The translations under genes and the position numbers were made by a program. From contig CAJINV010000017.1 in NCBI GenBank assembly GCA_905178155.1, positions 1,232,722 through 1,296,721 on the forward strand: DNA of 64,000 bases, given 5' to 3'. Under the pieces are notes generated by a model. The model was not told the origin of the DNA and searched no databases. It saw only the letters and a list, made by a program, of their open reading frames with translations. Positions within the stretch are counted from its first letter, which is position 1; every line of letters starts with the position of its first letter. Source of the stretch: Amoebophrya sp. A120. Its lineage: Eukaryota; Protista; Dinoflagellata. Below are positions 58,010-64,000 of the stretch, piece after piece.

Positions 58010-59936
58010 ATGAGCAAAATCGAAGAAGCCGCACCTCCCCCACGGGAGCAGGCGGGAGGGAGCATGGGATCTGATGCCGTCCCACCAGGAGCAGGAGGAG
58101 GAGGTTCTGCAGCGGCGCAAACGCAACCAGGAGACGACAAGAGTAAACCTTCTTCCAGGCCAACAAGTCGGGAAAGGGAAGCGAATAGAAAACGAAATCT
58201 CATGCTCAAGTTCCGAGACTCCCTTCGTGGCCCGGTGCTGGAGAAGATGTATAGTGCGCAGATTGTCGGGCCTTCAACGACGTATGACGTGGAGAAATGG
58301 GTAAAATAGTAGAGAACAATTTGCGACGTGGTTTGCATCATCTTTTACTCACTGAAGTTGACTAGTACATCAATCGCTTTCTTTGCTAGCGTCTTGAGAT
58401 TGATGGCATGTGCGTTATGAATTTCTGACCTCCAACCTGCACGGGCTAGTAGTACAAGAACACAGCTAGTAGTATTCCTATCAATAGAAGAACAAGAAGT
58501 ACTTAAACACGTCCTCCAGGTCCGTCGCATTTTCCAAATGGACCCGCTCGGCGCGCTGAAGCAAATGCGCGACCTAGGCGCGGTGCAGACCTCTGGGGGC
58601 GAGATAATGCACGTGGATGCGCAGAAGCAGAAGGAGGGCACACGGCGGAAAAACACCGCGAATCTGAAAGCAAAACCCTTCACGCCCGACGAGCGAAAGT
58701 CCATCGACGTATGCAAGACAAGTTGTTTCCCGTACAGGCACACGACGTACAGCAACAGCACTAGCACAACGCATAAACAAAATTTTTAGCAACTTAAAAG
58801 CCAAGACTTGTCATGCTAAACACAATACGCACTGAGAATTCGAATTGTTGTCATGATGCAGGACTCTCAAGATTTGTAGATGTTCGTGTACGGTCGGGAA
58901 TAAACTCACTGTGGATACGACACGCACATCGCTGCCCGGGTAAAAACGCTCGTAGCAAAGGTGAATACGGAATTTGCGCATGAAAACAAGTATTTGAAAA
59001 GGCTACGGGAGGACGCGGGGCTGGATTCCCCGGAGGACGAAGAGGCGAAGTTGAGTCCGAAGAGAGGCGTGATAGAAGAGGACGAATCTCCAGCGGCGAT
59101 AGCACAAAAGCAAGAAATTCTTCGGCACATCGAGGTCGTGGAGTTACGGTAATTATATCGTGGAATTCGAGAGAAACTGTTCATCTTCACATGATCCATA
59201 GGGTCGTGGTCGCTGAAAATAAGTTCGAATTCCCCATCAAACATGTGATGTAGATGAGTAGTACTGGCTGCGAAGGACGATCAGGTACTACCGTCAGATG
59301 ATGAACTACAACTTTTTCTTCACGGCAAGAATTCTTCTGAAACCAGGCTCGCCAACCTGAAGCGGCAGGTGTTGAAGAAGAAGCTCGAGGAAGAAATTTT
59401 GCTGTTCATTCAGGAGGCGGAGCAACTCGTCTATGACCAGAGATTTGAGGACGAAAAGAAGCGAGCTGACCGTGCGGACGCGCAGTGGGGCGCTTTGTTC
59501 GCGAACATGAAGAGCGGGAAGACCAAGAAAGTGGATGACGTATGTTGATTTGCATTTGCCTACTTTATTTAAACTTTTTTGTCCTGATGCGCACCACCAC
59601 CACCTGTACGGCGACGGACACCGAGGAGACATAAATTTAAATGCTTTATTGCATGGTGTTACTTTTTCAAATTCATTCTGCACCTGATGAAATTCCTCTC
59701 AGGCTGAAGCCGCCGGCGGTCGAAGATTTGACCGGAAGATTGAGCTGAAAAAGAACAACGTGCAACCCTTGCCGGTGCAGACCATGTCCACCGTCTACGA
59801 CTACATTCACGCTCGGTACGTGCTAGAAGGCAGCAGAAGCAGCTTGAAAAAAGCAAAAGCGGAGCGGGAACGGCAAGCGCTGCTGAAGAGTCGAAAAATG
59901 GATGGAAGACGAACGGCCTCGGCGGGGGCTTTTTGA
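58010..59936 (+). CDS. Uncharacterised helical protein; exons 58010-58300, 58520-58708, ~58922-59148, 59347-59539, 59703-59936
   Basis: GT-AG introns 58301-58519, 59149-59346 and 59540-59702 are phase-compatible (EKW-VRRIF; VEL-R-LANLKRQ; KVDD-AEAAG). The second intron is ambiguous: non-canonical 58709-58921 or GT-AG 58709-58960. Confidence 0.7.
58709..58918. mobile_element. MITE-like introner (210 nt) with degenerate terminal inverted repeats and GAC target-site duplication
   Basis: 5' gtatgcaagacaagttgtttcccg versus reverse complement of 3' end gtatccacagtgagtttattcccg: 16/24, ungapped. Flanked by gac at 58706-08 and 58919-21. The 3' end tgtggata is identical to that of the 40044 element. 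Confidence 0.65.
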
Positions 59937-61151
59937 TGAAAAGGATGGGCGGAATAAAGCCGAAGAAGGTGAAAGAGCGCCGAGCTGTCCCTCTTGATAA
60001 TTGACGTAAGAGTTTCATCAGTTTCGTATTTATTTCGTATATAAGTTTCACGATTTACATTTAATCTATCAATGACAATCACAATGTCAATGAGCATCAA
60101 AATTTCTTTGATGTTCATTGCGGCCAAGTAGAAGCGCGCCAATTGGAATAAATGTCAATACATTTTGTTTTGAAAGTACTTGGTGGAGCAGAATACTATC
60201 TTGTACTAAACTTCTGAACAAACTACCGACTGTACACGAGCTTGTAGATGATCACGCACCTGTACTAGTACTTGTATCATCGCATAAAATGTTGAATGAA
60301 GAAGAGCCGAGTCATACTCGCAGCAGAGACGGCAGCGTCCCAACTCACAGGTCAGTGACTTTGAAAGTTGGCTGCCAACATTCTTCGCGTTTTTTCTTTT
60401 TTCATGTGTTATGAAGCGCTAGGCTCTTCAAGACGTCGGTATCCTCTTCACAAGATGATCAACTCCTCGGTCGCGTCGCAAACAGAGGATCGGTTCTTTT
60501 GTACAGGAAGTAACTCTATATTTATTTGGGATGAGCGTGCGTAAGACTAAGAATCTTCTTCTCGGTTATTTGATGTGATTGGTAGCCTTTCAATCGGTAA
60601 CGCATCGCACTTCTAATCGTCATCGGTACGCACTAGTAGAGTAGAGCCTTGCTCTTCGTCCACCAGCAATGCGGTTTAGTACCTTTTTGAGAGTTGAAGT
60701 ATTCGACATTTTTCCGCCAAGAGATATCATGAGCCCAATCCGCAACCAGGTGCAGGTCCCCACCCGACATTTCACTTTTTTGTAGGAAAGCCTTAATTTG
60801 GCTCGAAGCCAGAAGACACCACGGAAAGACGTGGAGCGAACTTACTTTGATGCAGCAGAATTGTTACGCTCACTGACCACGCTGCTTATCTCTTTTGTTT
60901 TTTGAACTTTCACTTTTGGTTTTGTCACCCTTTCTTTATCATTTACATTTTCAGAACAGATTTCTTTGTCTTTCATCACAGAAGAACCTGAATCCACGTG
61001 AAAAGTCGATTCTCGCTTTAGCTACGGTTTGATAAGGCCGATAAACTTATTTTCACGTCGGCCTGCGTGGAAGAAGAAGAACTGCAAGGACGAACTAGCG
61101 CGCATTTATTGCTCTCACCCAGGCCGGCCGACGACGGCATTCGCATTCCTA

Positions 61152-62448
61152 ATGGATGCGCGCCCTGGTTTTCGCCGTGCCTGTCTGGTCTCCGGCGCAG
61201 TCGTGAGTGGGCAACTTTTGTTGATCCAGGATGCGCAAGCCGCAGAACAAGGGACTGTGGGTCGGAAAACGGACAGCACCTCCGAAACCCGCGGAACAAG
61301 CGCCGATGCCTCAAAGCAGAGTCTGGAAGAAGCGGCCGCCTCTCGGGAGATTATGACTGCATGCGAAGCGGGGTGCAAGGACTCTGCTCATGCGGCCGAC
61401 GTGTCGTTTCTGGAAAAGTGTGACTGCGACAAGAATGATGATGGACGTGTGGCCCGCGTGCAGAAAATTCAGCAGGTATGGTTATTTCTCGAAAAACTCA
61501 TTGTTCCAAACATAAATCGGTGCCGCACTATGCGACGCTCCGGTCTAACGAGGAGACCACGCCAAGGATCGAAATATTATGATTATCTATTAGGCAGATT
61601 TGGAAGTGCGCACGTGTGTCTCGGATCGGGGCCGAGATCACACCACTCATAGTCAAGTACCAGCAAGATACAGACAAGAAACGAACGAGAGAAGTGGTCG
61701 TGCATGTGGGGCCTTGAGCAGCTAGTCCTCGCATGCTCAGCTATTGTCATATAGAATTTTGGGGCATGATGTGCAAGAATACGTACTTTCTATACTGCAG
61801 TACATCTATACACAACAGGATCTCCGGCGGCTGGACGAGGAGGAGAAGGAACGCTGGAAGCTGTACTGGCAGCAGCACGAGGAGAGGCGCGCGCAATCGG
61901 ACGCCTCTTTCGCGGCTTTCAAGGCAGATATGGAGAGAAGTCGACTAGAAATGAAGAAATCTGCCGAAGATCTCGAGGCAACGCAGAGGGACTACGACCA
62001 AAAACTTGCCAAAATGCTTCAAGCAGGAAAAGACGCAGACGATGCTCACTTCCGTCAGCAGCTCGAAGAATTTGACAAGATTTACAAAAACCACCGCGCC
62101 AGTATGCAGGCGCAGCACAAACAAGAACGGGAAGCGTTTTTGGAGCAGTTGCACTCGATGAATGCTTTGGGCGGAGTAGCGGAGCAAACGTTCAGGCAGA
62201 AGATTGCCTCGGTGGACACCTTGCAGGTAGAAATTGACAAAAAGATGGACGAGAAACTCTCGGTGTGGAGGGAGCCGCCCGGCCAGCGGAAATCGAAGCT
62301 GCATCGAATTGACGACGAACTGCGTGCTTTGAAAGCGAAGCAAGATGCTGCAGCGCAGGAACTTGGCGATTGGATCAAAAACTTCGGCCGCCAGCAGCAG
62401 CAGGAGACTCCCGGCCGCGTCGGGAGCAGCAGCTTTCTCGCAGCCTAG
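61152..62448 (+). CDS. Putative secreted coiled-coil protein; exons 61152-61475 and 61819-62448
   Basis: Leader RRACLVSGAVVSGQLLLIQDAQA, a Cys cluster CEAGC..CDC, a phase-0 GT-AG intron at 61476-61818 (KIQQ-DLRRLDEEE), then E/K/Q-rich heptads. Confidence 0.72.
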
Positions 62449-64000
62449 TGACGCGCGATCGCGTCCTCGTGGCAGCTTTTGGCGATACCAGGACTACTTC
62501 TTTTCAGCAACTACAATTCCGCATCGTCATCTGTACACTTTTGTACACAATTTTGTCTATTTCGCAAGCGACTCGCATTTCTAAAAGTTTGCTTGCAGTG
62601 CCCACCACCGTGTGATTGAGATAGTGAAGATGACATCTGAAAGTTTATTTAACTTTAAGTTTTACAAAGTGACAACACATTTTCAACCTGTTTACACATT
62701 ACAGACTCCACCACGATTCATCCGGCTTCAGCTATGTTATGCTTTAAATTTTTCTACAACTCACTGCATCGGGTGGTTGGGTATTTCAAACATTGTAGTT
62801 CTTTTTTCATATAGCTGAGGTCGTGTCATAATCATTTGTCGACAACTTGTATAACTTACAACAATGCCGCATTTTCGTTTTATAACAAGTTTGCAATTGA
62901 TTCACCTTTACTTGCTTACTGTACTATCTTCCGCACCGCATACAACGCTTGAAACCGTTTCGCTTTTAGGAGAAGGAGACCTAGTAGCCGCATGACTTTG
63001 GGAGCAATTATTTCAAACCCTGTTCATTGTGAGCGAACTGGTGTCACGGGCACGAACAAGATGCAATGAATCGGACCGACAACGAGCTGGATATCGAACT
63101 AAATAGGAGGACTTCATCTATGAAGAAGAAGCGCGAAACTTGTTTTACTTTTTCAGTTATTACACAAAAAAAAAAGTCCTCAGATGTATACCTTTTTAAC
63201 ATATTTCATCAAGTCAAGATTTGAAAAAAAGCCGATCACTTTTTTCCCGCAAGGGTTTTTCTCGTTTAAGCCTACTTACACAGTTTACAAAATTAAGTCA
63301 TAACTTTATCAGAAAAATCATGATGTTGGTGATCCACGAGCAGAAGCAATGAAGAGCATGAGACTGAGCAGGACCAGAGGGCCTTGAAACAATTGACGCC
63401 ATGCCCGGGCAAGAACAGAAAGAAAGAAAGAACCTTGCTCATGTTTTCTTTGATGTGTGATTGATGAAGCAGCGGGCAGCTGCTGTTTAACAAGGCTTTG
63501 GGATCCTCTGAACAAGATCAACTCGGTACTGTCGACGCGACGTATGAAGCAGGATCAAATAATATGACTTGTGCACCAGCAAGTACGTCTTTTGGAATCC
63601 TGCTCCTGAGTGTGATGAGAGATGAATGAACTGAAGGTGTGGCGAGCAGGTTTTTCGTCGTTGTCGACTTCCCTTCTTCATCGCGCGGATCGCTTTCGGA
63701 CTCGTCTTTTTGAGGGGCAATTCGTCATCTTTACAGCTGATCGATCGGATTGACTTTCGTCGTGTCGCCTTTTGTCGCTCCTTTCGTTCGTTGATCATAT
63801 GAATGTATGAGTTTTTTCTTTTTCGATGGCCTGGCGCAGTTGGGGCGGGGGCGCAGGCGGAGTCGGACTCATTTGCAATTCAAGAATACGCTCGACGTAG
63901 GCTGCCCCATATTAAAAGCGGCTAGCAGTATTTTCGCGTCAAAGCGTTGTCCATACTAGAAGGAAAGTAGACCTCCACCGGGGGCACCGCAACATGAAAT

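Noticed and set aside
60797-60808. tttggctcgaag as a relic dinoflagellate spliced leader
   Set aside because: Only a short imperfect match to TTTTGGCTCAAG; expected by chance in 64 kb.

Overview
Eukaryotic genomic DNA with introns. It is most consistent with a syndinian (parasitic dinoflagellate, Amoebophrya-like) genome. That is an inference from four things: every well-supported gene lies on the + strand, introns are ~115-345 nt with GTA..(C/T)AG ends, conserved enzymes carry long low-complexity insertions, and some introns are non-canonical and bounded by inverted repeats. Genes in order: a 5'-truncated CUB-like/ZP/SEA-like type-I membrane protein; a small MGC-acylated IQ-motif protein; Tpt1/KptA RNA 2'-phosphotransferase (2 exons); a 5-exon coiled-coil/low-complexity protein; beta-adaptin (10 exons); a SpoU methyltransferase; three paralogs of an unrecognised secreted beta-rich domain family with a relic and a perfect 44-bp minisatellite; a GC-rich island; an AI-2E family transporter; a ~2,400-aa DUF1853 + DEDDy 3'-5' exonuclease + YbaK-like fusion; a secreted class I SAM methyltransferase; and three uncharacterised proteins. 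Top highlights: (1) three related MITE-like introns with terminal inverted repeats RTAT..ATAS, each flanked by an in-frame 3-bp duplication (GAC, GAA, GAC), two of which appear to need non-canonical splicing; (2) the three-domain nuclease/deacylase fusion; (3) the novel tandem secreted family. All domain calls come from motif recognition by eye; no searches were run.
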